Shown here in pieces: positions 53,977 through 63,369 of a stretch of 64,000 nt of DNA (the stretch's first letter is position 1; each line of letters starts with the position of its first letter). A program made the translations under genes and the position numbers. This DNA comes from an uncultured Actinomycetota bacterium (GTDB taxonomy: Bacteria > Actinomycetota > Geothermincolia > Geothermincolales > RBG-13-55-18). The notes under the pieces are model-generated. The model made no database searches. It was not told the DNA's origin and saw only the letters and a program-made list of their open reading frames with translations. Location: contig CAYWXM010000014.1 of assembly GCA_964462595.1 (NCBI GenBank), positions 7,341-71,340 of the forward strand, in the 5' to 3' direction.

Positions 53977-55347
53977 CTATTCCGCGGACCACAACACCTC
54001 GCCGGAGGCGCAGTCCACGGCCCACAGGCGCTGGGGCGGGGCGAGGAAATCGCTCAGGTTGACGCCGTCCGCGGCCAGCGCCTTCCAGTCACCCTGCAGG
54101 AGCAGGAGTATCTGTTCGTAATTCAAACCGTTCAAGGCGGATATGATATCCAGTCTGGTCCCCTGGGCCGCGAGGCGGCGCAGGAAGGACTGAAAATCCT
54201 CTTCCACCGGCTCCGGCTCCACTTCCGGGTGCTCCCCTTCCCAGGATCCACCGCTTTCGCCGCTCACCGTTTCCGTCTCGTCAGCCACCGTGCCTTCCAG
54301 GGTGACATCGGGCTGGCTTTCAGGCTTTCCCGCCGGGACCAGGGGGACATCGGCGTTGCCTGAAGGCGCGAGCAAGGCGGCCAGCTCTTTGAGCACCGAT
54401 TCGCTCACTTCCAGGCTTCCCTCTCCGCCCAGCGAGGCCAGCATCATGGCCGGGGGGAGTTCCCGGTCGGGAAAGAGCAGGTAGTCCTCGGGGCCGCTCG
54501 CCGATATCAACCAGGCCTCCCTCCCGTCTATTTTTGCCAGCTCGGCGTAACAGGGCAGGAGTGGATCGCCGTCCGCCTGCTCCAGCACGGACGTTACCGC
54601 ACGCTCGAGCTCTTCGGCATCATGCCCCGCCTCCGCCGCCTGTAGCGCCAGGTCGCCTGTGAGTTGGGCCTGCGCATCTTCTATTGAGGACCGGTCTATG
54701 CTGCCGCTGGAGGCCGGGTACCAGTACGTGGAGTAGAAGTCCAGGCGTGTCCCCAGGTCATTGCGGAAATCCGCGAGATCCGCAGTATCGTACTCGTTAT
54801 CGGAGATCACCAGTTCGGGCCGGGCTAACGCCCCCGTTATCAAGGCGGTCCCTCCCGTTTCGCCCCTTACGAAACCCTCTCCTGCGTTGGTAACTCCGCC
54901 CGAGGCCTCTTTGTAATCCACGGCCTCCAGCGGTGTTTCCTGCGTCCCCGGGGTGGGGCTCCTGCCGTTCCACACTACCAGGCTGACCCCGGCTACGGTG
55001 GCCAGGACGAGCAGGGACAGGGCCGCGGCGGCCACGTGGACGCGCCGGAAAACCGGTGCGGGGACTATGGGCTGTGCCATCTCCTGGCGCAGCCTGCTTA
55101 CGAGGCGGAAGCTCTCCTCCGGGGTGAGCACGATGGCGGGCAGCGATGACAGCTCGCTCACCAGCCCGCGCATGACGGCATAATGCCGCGAGCATTTATC
55201 GCAGGAGTCGATGTGTTCGCGCAGCGCCTTTGCCTCTTGCGCGTTCAGCTCGCCGTCTATATACGACCCTATCTGTTTGACCGCGTTCCTGCATCTCATC
55301 TTCATGCCCCGGGTTCTTCTCTCGAGATGGATCTCACGATACCGCAT
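53977..55347 (-). CDS. Anti-sigma factor (zf-HC2), single TM, large extracytoplasmic domain
   Basis: CRNAVKQIGSYIDGELNAQEAKALREHIDSCDKCSRH; TM VHVAAAALSLLVLATVAGVSLVVW. Start at ATG 55347, or at the internal ATG 55305 (MKMRC). Confidence 0.75.
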   Translation of the reverse strand: MRYREIHLERRTRGMKMRCRNAVKQIGSYIDGELNAQEAKALREHIDSCDKCSRHYAVMRGLVSELSSLPAIVLTPEESFRLVSRLRQEMAQPIVPAPVFRRVHVAAAALSLLVLATVAGVSLVVWNGRSPTPGTQETPLEAVDYKEASGGVTNAGEGFVRGETGGTALITGALARPELVISDNEYDTADLADFRNDLGTRLDFYSTYWYPASSGSIDRSSIEDAQAQLTGDLALQAAEAGHDAEELERAVTSVLEQADGDPLLPCYAELAKIDGREAWLISASGPEDYLLFPDRELPPAMMLASLGGEGSLEVSESVLKELAALLAPSGNADVPLVPAGKPESQPDVTLEGTVADETETVSGESGGSWEGEHPEVEPEPVEEDFQSFLRRLAAQGTRLDIISALNGLNYEQILLLLQGDWKALAADGVNLSDFLAPPQRLWAVDCASGEVLWSAE

Positions 55348-55378
55348 ACTCTCCTTCGCCTTTGATTAGATGGAGCCG

Positions 55379-55990
55379 TCAACCCATCTGTTCCCAGTAT
55401 TCCTGCAATTCCTTTGCCAACCTGGTACGCGCCCGGTTGAGGCGCGATTTAACCGTTCCCAGCGATATATCCAGTATTTCGGCAACCTCTTTATAGTTGT
55501 AGCCGTTGAGGTCGTGAAGGTATATCACCTCCTTGAACTTGTAGGGGAGGCGGGCGACGCCGTCCCTTACCGCCTTCTGGACCTCGGCCCTCTCCGCGCT
55601 CGTCTCCGGCGAGTCGAAGCCTTCATCCGCCAGGCGCTGCTCGATGTCCGGCAGGTCGTCCCCGGGGGATTCGGAGATGGAGAGGTGGCGGCGTGACCTG
55701 CGCGCATAGTCATGGCAGGCGTTGAGCGAAACCCGGTAGAGCCAGGTGGAGAACTTGGCCTCGCCGCGGAACGACTCCAGCTTGCGGATGAGAAGCACAA
55801 GCACCTCCTGGCACACGTCGGCGGCGTCGCTGCGGTTGCCGAGGAGGCGGTAGGCCATGTTCATGATCACCGGCTCGTAGCGGCTTACCAGCTCCTCGAA
55901 AGCGGCGCTGTCGCCGTCGAGGAAAAGGCGCACCAGTTCCTCGTCCCTGGGGCGTTCCTGCTCACCACCGTTGTCGTCATATGTGGGCAT
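55379..55990 (-). CDS. ECF-type RNA polymerase sigma factor
   Basis: EELVRLFLDGDSAAFEELVSRYEPVIMNMAYRLLGNRSDAADVCQEVLV ... FSTWLYRVSLNACHDYARR ... YNYKEVAEILDISLGTVKSRLNRAR. Confidence 0.9.
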   Translation of the reverse strand: MPTYDDNGGEQERPRDEELVRLFLDGDSAAFEELVSRYEPVIMNMAYRLLGNRSDAADVCQEVLVLLIRKLESFRGEAKFSTWLYRVSLNACHDYARRSRRHLSISESPGDDLPDIEQRLADEGFDSPETSAERAEVQKAVRDGVARLPYKFKEVIYLHDLNGYNYKEVAEILDISLGTVKSRLNRARTRLAKELQEYWEQMG

Positions 55991-56185
55991 GGGTATTTTC
56001 CTTGGCCGACGATAAATTACCTGTAATTCTAGCACAGCGATACCCCCCGAACCTTAATCTAACTTACGACAGAATGCATCGCGTAAGCGACAGCGGCACC
56101 CGCAGGGTGACGCGGCGGTGCCTGTGCCAGTCCTGGCGAAGCCAGGCCTGGCCTGGCACGCGTACGTCTGCGCACTATCACACCG

Positions 56186-56194
56186 TGATATAAT
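56186..56194 (+). promoter_or_regulatory. Extended -10 promoter element (TGATATAAT) of iorAB
   Basis: TG-n-TATAAT lies 27 nt before GTG 56221. The RBS AGAGGAGG falls in between. Confidence 0.4.
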
Positions 56195-56220
56195 TCCAGC
56201 GTGAAAGAGGAGGTACAACC

Positions 56221-58023
56221 GTGAAGAGAGCCCTGCTCTCCGGCAACGAGGCGATCGCCCTGGGCGCGTGGTGCGCGGGTGTGCGCGTAGCCGCCGCTTA
56301 TCCCGGCACCCCCTCCACGGAGATACTGGAGGAGCTGTCCACGTATAGCGAAGTCTATTGCGAGTGGTCGCCAAACGAAAAGGTCGCCATGGAGGTGGGT
56401 ATCGGTTCCTGCCTGGGAGGAGCCAGGTCACTGGTGGCCATGAAGCACGTGGGACTCAACGTGGCCGCGGACCCCTGGATGACCCTGCCCTATATCGGGG
56501 TTAACGCCGGGCTGGTGCTGGTGGTGGCGGACGACCCCGGCATGCACTCGTCCCAGAACGAGCAGGACAGCCGCTACTATGCCCGCATGGCCAAGGTGCC
56601 CATGCTGGAGCCCTCGGACAGCCAGGAATGCCTGGACATGATGGCGGCCGCACTGCAGATATCCGAGCGTTTCGATACCCCGGTGATGCTGCGCACGGAG
56701 ACCAGGATAAGCCACTCACGCACCGTGGTCGAATACAGGGAGGAACGCCGGCGGGTGGACCTCCCTTACGAGAAGGACGCCGTGAAGAGGGTGATGATCC
56801 CCGGGCACGCGCGCGTGCGCCACCCCCTGGTCATAGCGCGCCTCGAGGAACTGCAGAGGGAGGCGGAGGCCTTTCCCATGAGCGCCGTGGAGATGCGCTC
56901 CTCCCGCGTGGGCATCATCACCTCCGGGGTATGCTACCAGTACGCAAGGGAGGCCTTTCCGGAGGCCTCCATACTCAAGCTGGGCTTCGTCTACCCGCTA
57001 CCGGAGAAGACGATACGCGATTTCGCCTCCCATTTTCACCGCGTCTACGTGGTGGAGGAACTGGAGCCTTTCCTGGAGGAAGGCGTCAAGGCCCTGGGCA
57101 TAGACGTGGTGGGAAAAGCCCGCATACCCCGGGACGGGGAGCTGGATCCCACCCTGGTCGGGGAAAGCCTGGCCGAGCTGATCGAGATGGATACCGGGGT
57201 CAAGCACGGGGGGTGGACCCCGCCGCTGCCGCATGAATCCCTGCCCTCCGAGTCCGAGCTTCCCGGCCGCCCGCCGGTGATGTGCCCGGGATGCCCCCAC
57301 CGCGGCCTCTTTTACGCGCTCAACCGCAACAAGGCCGTGGTCTCCAGCGACATCGGCTGCTATACCCTGAGCGTGCTGCCTCCCCTGGCGGGGATCGACT
57401 GCCAGGTTTGCATGGGGGCCAGCGTGGGCATGGCCCTGGGCATGGAGAGAGCTTTCGCCGGCAGCGAGGTCAACTCGCAGAAGGCGGGAAGGGTGGTCTG
57501 CGTCCTGGGGGATTCCACCTTCATCCACGGCGGGATAACCGGCCTCATAGACATGGTCTATAACAACACCGTGTCCACCATAATCATCCTCGACAACCGC
57601 ACCACCGCCATGACCGGGTTCCAGGACCATCCCGGGACGGGAAGGACGATCATGGGCGAGGAGACACACGCCCTGGACCTGGTGGAGCTGTGCCGCGCCG
57701 TGGGCGTGGAGTCGGTCCGCGTCGTGGACCCCTGGGACCTGGAGGAGACGGAGGCTGCCATACGCGAGGAGATGGAGGCGCCGCATACCTCGGTGATCGT
57801 CTCGCGCCGCTCCTGCGTGTTGCGCGAGCCACGCAGCGGCATCATCTACCGCGTGCTCGAGGATGAATGCACCGGCTGCAGGGTCTGCCTGCGCCTGGGC
57901 TGCCCGGCGCTGGTCATGCGCGGCGACAAGGCGGTGGTGCAGGAAGACATGTGCGTGGGTTGTTCCATGTGCGCGCAGGTCTGCCGCAACGAGGCCCTGG
58001 TGGAGGTGAGGACCGGTGGCTGA
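56221..58023 (+). CDS. iorA: Indolepyruvate:ferredoxin oxidoreductase alpha subunit
   Basis: LLSGNEAIALGAWCAGVRVAAAYPGTPSTEI ... TPP region GDSTFIHGG ... C-terminal CTGCRVCLRLGCP and CVGCSMCAQVCR. Confidence 0.92.
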   Translation: MKRALLSGNEAIALGAWCAGVRVAAAYPGTPSTEILEELSTYSEVYCEWSPNEKVAMEVGIGSCLGGARSLVAMKHVGLNVAADPWMTLPYIGVNAGLVLVVADDPGMHSSQNEQDSRYYARMAKVPMLEPSDSQECLDMMAAALQISERFDTPVMLRTETRISHSRTVVEYREERRRVDLPYEKDAVKRVMIPGHARVRHPLVIARLEELQREAEAFPMSAVEMRSSRVGIITSGVCYQYAREAFPEASILKLGFVYPLPEKTIRDFASHFHRVYVVEELEPFLEEGVKALGIDVVGKARIPRDGELDPTLVGESLAELIEMDTGVKHGGWTPPLPHESLPSESELPGRPPVMCPGCPHRGLFYALNRNKAVVSSDIGCYTLSVLPPLAGIDCQVCMGASVGMALGMERAFAGSEVNSQKAGRVVCVLGDSTFIHGGITGLIDMVYNNTVSTIIILDNRTTAMTGFQDHPGTGRTIMGEETHALDLVELCRAVGVESVRVVDPWDLEETEAAIREEMEAPHTSVIVSRRSCVLREPRSGIIYRVLEDECTGCRVCLRLGCPALVMRGDKAVVQEDMCVGCSMCAQVCRNEALVEVRTGG

Positions 58024-58597
58024 TGTGCTACTGGCCGGCGTCGGCGGGCAGGGAAACGTGCTCTCCGCCCGGGTGCTGGCTGAGGCCGCTCTTTCCATGG
58101 GCTACGATGTCAAGACCTCCGAAGTGCACGGCATGTCCCAGAGGGGAGGCAGCGTGGTCTGCATGGTGCGCTGGGGCGAGAAGGTGCATTCTCCCCTCAT
58201 CGGGGTGGCCAAGGCCGATTATTTCCTGGCCTTTGAGCTGCTGGAGGGGCTGCGTTTTCTGCGTTACCTCGGCGGCGGGGGCACGGCCATCGTGAACGAT
58301 TACCGCCTCGAGCCCCTGCCGGTGCTGCGCGGGGACTCCGTCTATCCGGAGGGGGCCATGGGGGTCATACGCTCGTATGCTGCCCGGACCATAGAGCTGG
58401 ACGCGCGGGAGATAGCCGCGAGGGCCGGAAATCCCCGCACGGTCGGATCGTGCCTCCTGGGGACGCTATCAGCATTCCTGGATTTTCCGCCGGATGTGTG
58501 GGAGGAATCGATACGAGGTTCCGTGCCCCCCAGGGCGGTCGAGGTCAATTTGAAGGCTTTCGCGTTGGGAAGAGACAGCATCCCAGGCTCGTCTTGA
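58016..58597 (+). CDS. iorB: Indolepyruvate:ferredoxin oxidoreductase beta subunit
   Basis: VLLAGVGGQGNVLSARVLAEAALSMGYDVKTSEVHGMSQRGGSV. 8-nt overlap with iorA. Confidence 0.9.
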   Translation: MADVLLAGVGGQGNVLSARVLAEAALSMGYDVKTSEVHGMSQRGGSVVCMVRWGEKVHSPLIGVAKADYFLAFELLEGLRFLRYLGGGGTAIVNDYRLEPLPVLRGDSVYPEGAMGVIRSYAARTIELDAREIAARAGNPRTVGSCLLGTLSAFLDFPPDVWEESIRGSVPPRAVEVNLKAFALGRDSIPGSS

Positions 58598-58628
58598 TGC
58601 TGGCCGATCGGTAAGGGGGTGGAGGAGC

Positions 58629-59657
58629 ATGGCTGGAGGGGCTACCGGGAAAGACGGTGAATGCTACGAGGCGACAAGCCTGGAGAAATGCGACTGGTAC
58701 AGCGCCAACACCTTCCATCACGAGCAGTTCAGCGACCTGGGGCGCCTGCTGGAGCATAAGAACCGGGCGGGAAAGAGCATCAGCGTATGCCTGCCCAGCA
58801 TAAACGAGGCCGGCACCATCGGGACCATCCTGGAGATCACCCGGCGCGAGCTGATGGAGAAGGTGCCATTGTTGGACCAGATCTGCGTGGTGGACGGCGG
58901 CAGCGAGGACGCCACCAGGGAAATAGCACGGGATGCGGGGGCCGAGGTTGTAGGGCAGGAGGAGATACTGCCCGGTTTATACGAGCCCATGGGCAAAGGA
59001 GACGCCCTGTGGAGGAGCCTCCTCTACCTCAAGGGAGACATCGTTGTCTGGATAGACTCCGACATCCGCAATTTCCATCCCCGCTTCATTTACGGCATCA
59101 TCGGCCCGCTTATCGCAAAGCCCGGTATCCGCTATGTCAAGGGATACTACCAGAGGCCTTTTAAGGCGGAAAACCGCATGCTCTCCACCGGGGGTGGCAG
59201 GGTAACCGAGCTGGTGGCGAGACCGCTCCTGAGCCTTTTCTTCCCGGAACTGGGAGCACTTATCCAGCCCCTGTCGGGGGAGTACGGCGGCGAGCGAGAA
59301 TTGTTGGAGAAGATACCCTTTTTCTCCGGATACGGGGTGGAGATCGGCATGCTCATGGACATCTACAGCCGCTATGGTATGGACGCCATCGGGCAGGTGG
59401 ACCTGGTGGACAGGGAGCATTTCAATCAGCCCGTGCCCGCATTGGGCAGGATGTCCTTCCAGATAATACAGGCGGTGCTCATCCGGCTGCAGGAGCGGGG
59501 CAAGATAAAGCTGCTCGAGGATTACAGTACCGAGATGACGCAGATCGATTACAGGAACGGCGAATACCTGCTGGAGAAGAAGATGCTACAGGTGGAGGAG
59601 AGGCCCCCCATGGTGGATATAAAGGAATACCGCGAACTTTTCGGGAGAGGCGGATGA
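58629..59657 (+). CDS. gpgS: Glucosyl-3-phosphoglycerate synthase (GT81)
   Basis: ISVCLPSINEAGTIG ... VVDGGSEDAT ... PMGKGDALW ... VWIDSDI ... RVTELVARPLL ... LSGEYGG. Confidence 0.85.
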   Translation: MAGGATGKDGECYEATSLEKCDWYSANTFHHEQFSDLGRLLEHKNRAGKSISVCLPSINEAGTIGTILEITRRELMEKVPLLDQICVVDGGSEDATREIARDAGAEVVGQEEILPGLYEPMGKGDALWRSLLYLKGDIVVWIDSDIRNFHPRFIYGIIGPLIAKPGIRYVKGYYQRPFKAENRMLSTGGGRVTELVARPLLSLFFPELGALIQPLSGEYGGERELLEKIPFFSGYGVEIGMLMDIYSRYGMDAIGQVDLVDREHFNQPVPALGRMSFQIIQAVLIRLQERGKIKLLEDYSTEMTQIDYRNGEYLLEKKMLQVEERPPMVDIKEYRELFGRGG

Positions 59658-59752
59658 TGCCCTTACCCTTCGGCGGCCGCGACAACCTGGAGATAAAGCG
59701 GGCGGCCGAAAGGTTCGGCCCCGCCTCGCGCTGGCCGCGCATAAAAGAGAGC

Positions 59753-60583
59753 ATGGGCGAGGTAAAGGTGGTCTATACCGACCTCGATGGCACCATGATG
59801 GGGCCCATGGGCAATTTCGTCCTCAACATCCGGCGCGAATACACGCTCCGTCCCGTCACCACACTAGTGGAAGCCCTCAAGCGCGGCGTCGACATAGTGC
59901 CCGTGTCGGGCCGCAGTGGGAGGCAGTTGCGCGAAACCGCGCGCGTGCTGGGCATGCGTAACTATATCGCCGAACTTGGGGTGGAAATAGTCTACAACCT
60001 GGGGGAAGAGGTGGTGGTGAACGCCGGCGAGCTTGGGGGAGGGTGCCCGGAGCTGCTGGAGACCATCCGCCGTTCCGGCGCGGAGGACTTCATCCTGGAG
60101 CGCTACAGCAGGCGCATTGAATACCATACGCCCTGGTCTGGTTTCCGCGACTGCACTCCCCTCTTCCGGGGGCTGGTGGACCTGGAGGAGGCAAACCGCC
60201 TCCTGGATGAAAGGTTTCCCGGCCTGGTTCTGGTGGATAACGGCGTCCTTCCCGTACTCAGCCCCACCCTCGAGGTGCGGGAGGTGCGCGCTTACCACCT
60301 CATGCCCAAGGGGGTGAGCAAGGAGAAGGCGACCGCCGAGGACATGCGACTGCGAGGGTTTAGCAGGTCGGAGGCCATCGCCATCGGCGACTCGGAGGCC
60401 GACCTGGCCTTCGCCGGGGAGGTCGGGGCCTTCTTCCTGGTAAGAAACGGTTTCTATTTCAATCCCCACCTCGAATCGGCCACAGAAGGGCTGGAGAACG
60501 TCATAGTGACGGAGGGCTTTCTCAACGAGGGATGGGCGGAGGCCGTCGAGCTCGCCGTCCTCGGATACGGCACCGGGCCATAG
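59753..60583 (+). CDS. HAD-IIB phosphatase, likely glucosyl-3-phosphoglycerate phosphatase
   Basis: HAD motifs VYTDLDGT, PVSGRS and IGDSEADL. The track ORF opens at 59654, overlapping the gpgS stop. ATG 59753 (MGEVKVVY) fits HAD N-termini better. Confidence 0.72.
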   Translation: MGEVKVVYTDLDGTMMGPMGNFVLNIRREYTLRPVTTLVEALKRGVDIVPVSGRSGRQLRETARVLGMRNYIAELGVEIVYNLGEEVVVNAGELGGGCPELLETIRRSGAEDFILERYSRRIEYHTPWSGFRDCTPLFRGLVDLEEANRLLDERFPGLVLVDNGVLPVLSPTLEVREVRAYHLMPKGVSKEKATAEDMRLRGFSRSEAIAIGDSEADLAFAGEVGAFFLVRNGFYFNPHLESATEGLENVIVTEGFLNEGWAEAVELAVLGYGTGP

Positions 60584-60893
60584 CCGGCTGCACGCCGCAT
60601 ATCCGCCGCGCCTGTTGATCCGCTAATCCCGGGCGCGGGCACCATCGCACCGGAGGCAGCACTGTCGCTTGCGCGATACAACCCGCCGTGACGAAAAACC
60701 GTTTACCCGAAAAAAGGCGCCGTTCGGGGCATGGCTTTAGTGAGAGCAGCAAAAAGACGATATCATAAGAGCTGGACGTGAATAAAAAATGCAGCTCGGC
60801 GATCGGGGGGTATCCTCGGCGGAGAATACCCTTTGGCTTATGCGATGATGCGGCGAGGCGGACCAGGGAAACGGAAGCGTTACGGCGAGGGGT

Positions 60894-63044
60894 GTGGCCT
60901 TGGACCTGAAAAAAAGGCTTATCTTTTTCACCAGACTCATCAGGATGATGGCTTACGTTTACCTGGTAGTCCAATACTACCTGGTCCGAGAGAATTACGA
61001 CGCCTCCCTGCTGATCCCCGTGATCGCAGGCCTGGGGGCTTTCTATATCCTCATGGATTTCATCATCTTCCGCGTGCGCGAGCAGAGGTTCAGGACAGCT
61101 TCCCTGAGCTTGATGTTCTTTGAGATGTTCCTCGTCTCGCTGCTCATCTATTTAACCCGCTCCAGCCCCATAGTGGAATTCGATTTCCTCTACGTCCTGC
61201 CTATCGCCAACGTCGCTCTCTGGTTCGGCATAAAGGAAGGGCTGACTTACGGTGCCTTGGCCAGCGTTATCATCACCGTCACCATGATATTTTCGGGGCG
61301 CTTCGTCTGGCCCGATACGTTGGGATATCTTCTGGGGCGCTACATTTTTCTCATACTCGCCGGCTTCATCATGGGCTACATGGCCGAGTTCGCGGAGAGG
61401 GAGAGCAAGGAGAAAGCCCGGCGCATCGTCGAGCTTACCGCCCTCTCCGGCTTCGCCACCATCTTCGATTCCACCCTGCTGGAGGGCAAGGTCTATGCCA
61501 GTCTCGCCAATGCCATATCTCGCAGCATAAGCCCCGATGTGGTGCTGGCCTATCGCTTAGACCATGAAAGGGAGCATCTTGCGGTGGCCGCCTCGGACGG
61601 ATTGAGCGACTGTGAGGCCAACCTGTCCGTTCCGCTGGATTACGGCATGGTTGGCAAGGTTTTCCAGGGCAAGGAACCCGTCCTGCTCAATGACTCGGAC
61701 AGGGAGCCGGGGTTCAGGCAGTTCCTGGAATCCCAGCGTATCAGGTCCGCGATCTACACCCCGGTTAAATGGCGGGAGGAGATCTACGGGGTGGCTTTTG
61801 CCGGAAGTCAGCAGAAGGAAAGCTTCTCAGATAACGACCTCGACCTGCTCTCGGCCCTGTCCGTTCAGGCCGCCCTGGCCATACACAACTCGCACCTTTA
61901 CTCCGACCTCGAGGACCGCATCGGAGAGCTGCACGCTATCTTCGAGATAGAGAAGGCTATCACCTCGGCCATCGACCTGGAGACGGTACTGCAGCAGATA
62001 GTGCAGATGAGCATAGGCCTGCTGGACGCTAAGATAAGCTCCATCATGCTCGTGGACGAGGAAACCGAGGAGCTGGTCATAGCCGCCGCCCACGGGCTGT
62101 CGGAGAGCTACATCCAGAAGGGCTCCATCAAGGTGGGCGAGAGTATCGCCGGCATGGTCATCCAGGGGGGAAAACCAATCGCCGTTGACGATATCCGGGA
62201 CAACCCCCGCTTCGCCTATACCGACCATGCACGCATGGAAGGGCTGTGTTCGCTGCTCTCCGTGCCCCTGAGCCTCAAGGACAGGGTCATCGGCGTGCTG
62301 AACATATACACGGAAGAGCCGCATGTCTTCAACCCCCACGAGATAAACCTCTTCACCAGCCTGGCCAGCCAGGCGGCAATCGCCATCGAGAACGCCCGCC
62401 TCTTCGAGAGCCTCGAGGAGATATATATCGAGGTCATCACGGCCATGGCATCCGCCATCGACGCCCGCGACACCTATACGCACGGCCATTCCCAGCGCGT
62501 CACCGAGTATGCCGTGGCCATCGCCGAGGGGATGGGCCTTTCGTCCGCGGAGGTGGACATAATAAGGAACGCGAGCATCCTCCACGATGTCGGCAAGATA
62601 GGCATCAAGGAGGACATCCTGAAAAAGCCCGGCAGGCTTACCGAGGAGGAGAGAAGGGAGATGGAGTACCACCCCTTCATCGGCACCAAGATCCTGTCGT
62701 CGGTGAAGCTCCTCGAGCCGGTAATGCCCCTGGTCTATCACCACCACGAGAGGTTCGATGGCACCGGATACCCGGATGGCTTGCGGGGAGAGGAGATACC
62801 ACTGGGAGCGAGGGTGATCGCCGTGGCCGATGCCTTCGAGTCCATGACCTCGGACCGCCCATACCGCAAGGCGCTGCTCTTGGAGGAAGTCATGGCCGAG
62901 CTGAGGTACGGGTCGGGAAGGCAGTTCGACCCGCGCATCGTCGAGGTCTTTATGAGGCTGGCGGACGAGGGCAAGATCGAGCTGGAATGGTCTCAGAACC
63001 GGGTTATCCCCCTCAGCGACCGACTCGGCCGCGCCAGCATGTGA
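60894..63044 (+). CDS. Membrane-anchored GAF-GAF-HD-GYP protein (putative c-di-GMP phosphodiesterase)
   Basis: About six N-terminal TM helices, two GAF-like regions, then HGHSQRVTEYAVAIA ... ILHDVGKIGI ... HHERFDGTGYPDGL. Start uncertain (GTG 60894 or ATG 60945). Confidence 0.88.
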   Translation: MALDLKKRLIFFTRLIRMMAYVYLVVQYYLVRENYDASLLIPVIAGLGAFYILMDFIIFRVREQRFRTASLSLMFFEMFLVSLLIYLTRSSPIVEFDFLYVLPIANVALWFGIKEGLTYGALASVIITVTMIFSGRFVWPDTLGYLLGRYIFLILAGFIMGYMAEFAERESKEKARRIVELTALSGFATIFDSTLLEGKVYASLANAISRSISPDVVLAYRLDHEREHLAVAASDGLSDCEANLSVPLDYGMVGKVFQGKEPVLLNDSDREPGFRQFLESQRIRSAIYTPVKWREEIYGVAFAGSQQKESFSDNDLDLLSALSVQAALAIHNSHLYSDLEDRIGELHAIFEIEKAITSAIDLETVLQQIVQMSIGLLDAKISSIMLVDEETEELVIAAAHGLSESYIQKGSIKVGESIAGMVIQGGKPIAVDDIRDNPRFAYTDHARMEGLCSLLSVPLSLKDRVIGVLNIYTEEPHVFNPHEINLFTSLASQAAIAIENARLFESLEEIYIEVITAMASAIDARDTYTHGHSQRVTEYAVAIAEGMGLSSAEVDIIRNASILHDVGKIGIKEDILKKPGRLTEEERREMEYHPFIGTKILSSVKLLEPVMPLVYHHHERFDGTGYPDGLRGEEIPLGARVIAVADAFESMTSDRPYRKALLLEEVMAELRYGSGRQFDPRIVEVFMRLADEGKIELEWSQNRVIPLSDRLGRASM

Positions 63045-63115
63045 TGCAGGCCGCCGCTCCTTTTAGTTTCCCCGGTATGCCAATGCTTTTGGCTATGATC
63101 TCTGTCCGTCCATGG

Positions 63116-63124
63116 TGATAGAAT
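63116..63124 (+). promoter_or_regulatory. Extended -10 element TGATAGAAT placed for a leaderless transcript
   Basis: The -10 ends 7 nt before ATG 63131. No RBS in between. Confidence 0.4.
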
Positions 63125-63130
63125 GCGGAC

Positions 63131-63274
63131 ATGAGTATCTGGGGAAAGATCAAGCAGTTCTTCAGGGGAAAGCGTTTCCTCTGCGATACGTGCCTTTACG
63201 ATTACCCCTCGGCGTGTTCGCGCCCGGAAAGGCCCAACGCCACCTCCTGCCCCGATTACAAAAAACGCTACTAA
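63131..63274 (+). CDS. Small Cys-rich protein (47 aa), not in the ORF track
   Basis: Own translation: MSIWGKIKQFFRGKRFLCDTCLYDYPSACSRPERPNATSCPDYKKRY*. Four Cys residues arranged CxxC...C...C. Leaderless-type promoter directly upstream. Confidence 0.5.
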   Translation: MSIWGKIKQFFRGKRFLCDTCLYDYPSACSRPERPNATSCPDYKKRY

Positions 63275-63279
63275 TCAAC

Positions 63280-63314
63280 GGGGTCAGGTCTTGTTTTTTG
63301 CATACCGCGGTATC
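63280..63314. repeat. 35-nt conserved intergenic motif, copy B
   Basis: GGGGTCAGGTCTTGTTTTTTGCATACCGCGGTATC. Contains the perfect palindrome ATACCGCGGTAT. Confidence 0.6.
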
Positions 63315-63369
63315 TACGGGTCGCGAAAACGCAAGCACACCCCCTTGAACCGCACATCTGTTCTTCCCT

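Noticed and set aside
56998-58098. 366-aa minus-strand ORF
   Set aside because: Antisense to iorA and iorB.
61827-62747. 306-aa minus-strand ORF
   Set aside because: Antisense to the GAF/HD-GYP gene.
63112-63348. 78-aa plus-strand track ORF
   Set aside because: Out of frame with the better-supported 47-codon Cys-rich ORF (63131..63274). It runs through the conserved 35-nt motif and has no RBS.
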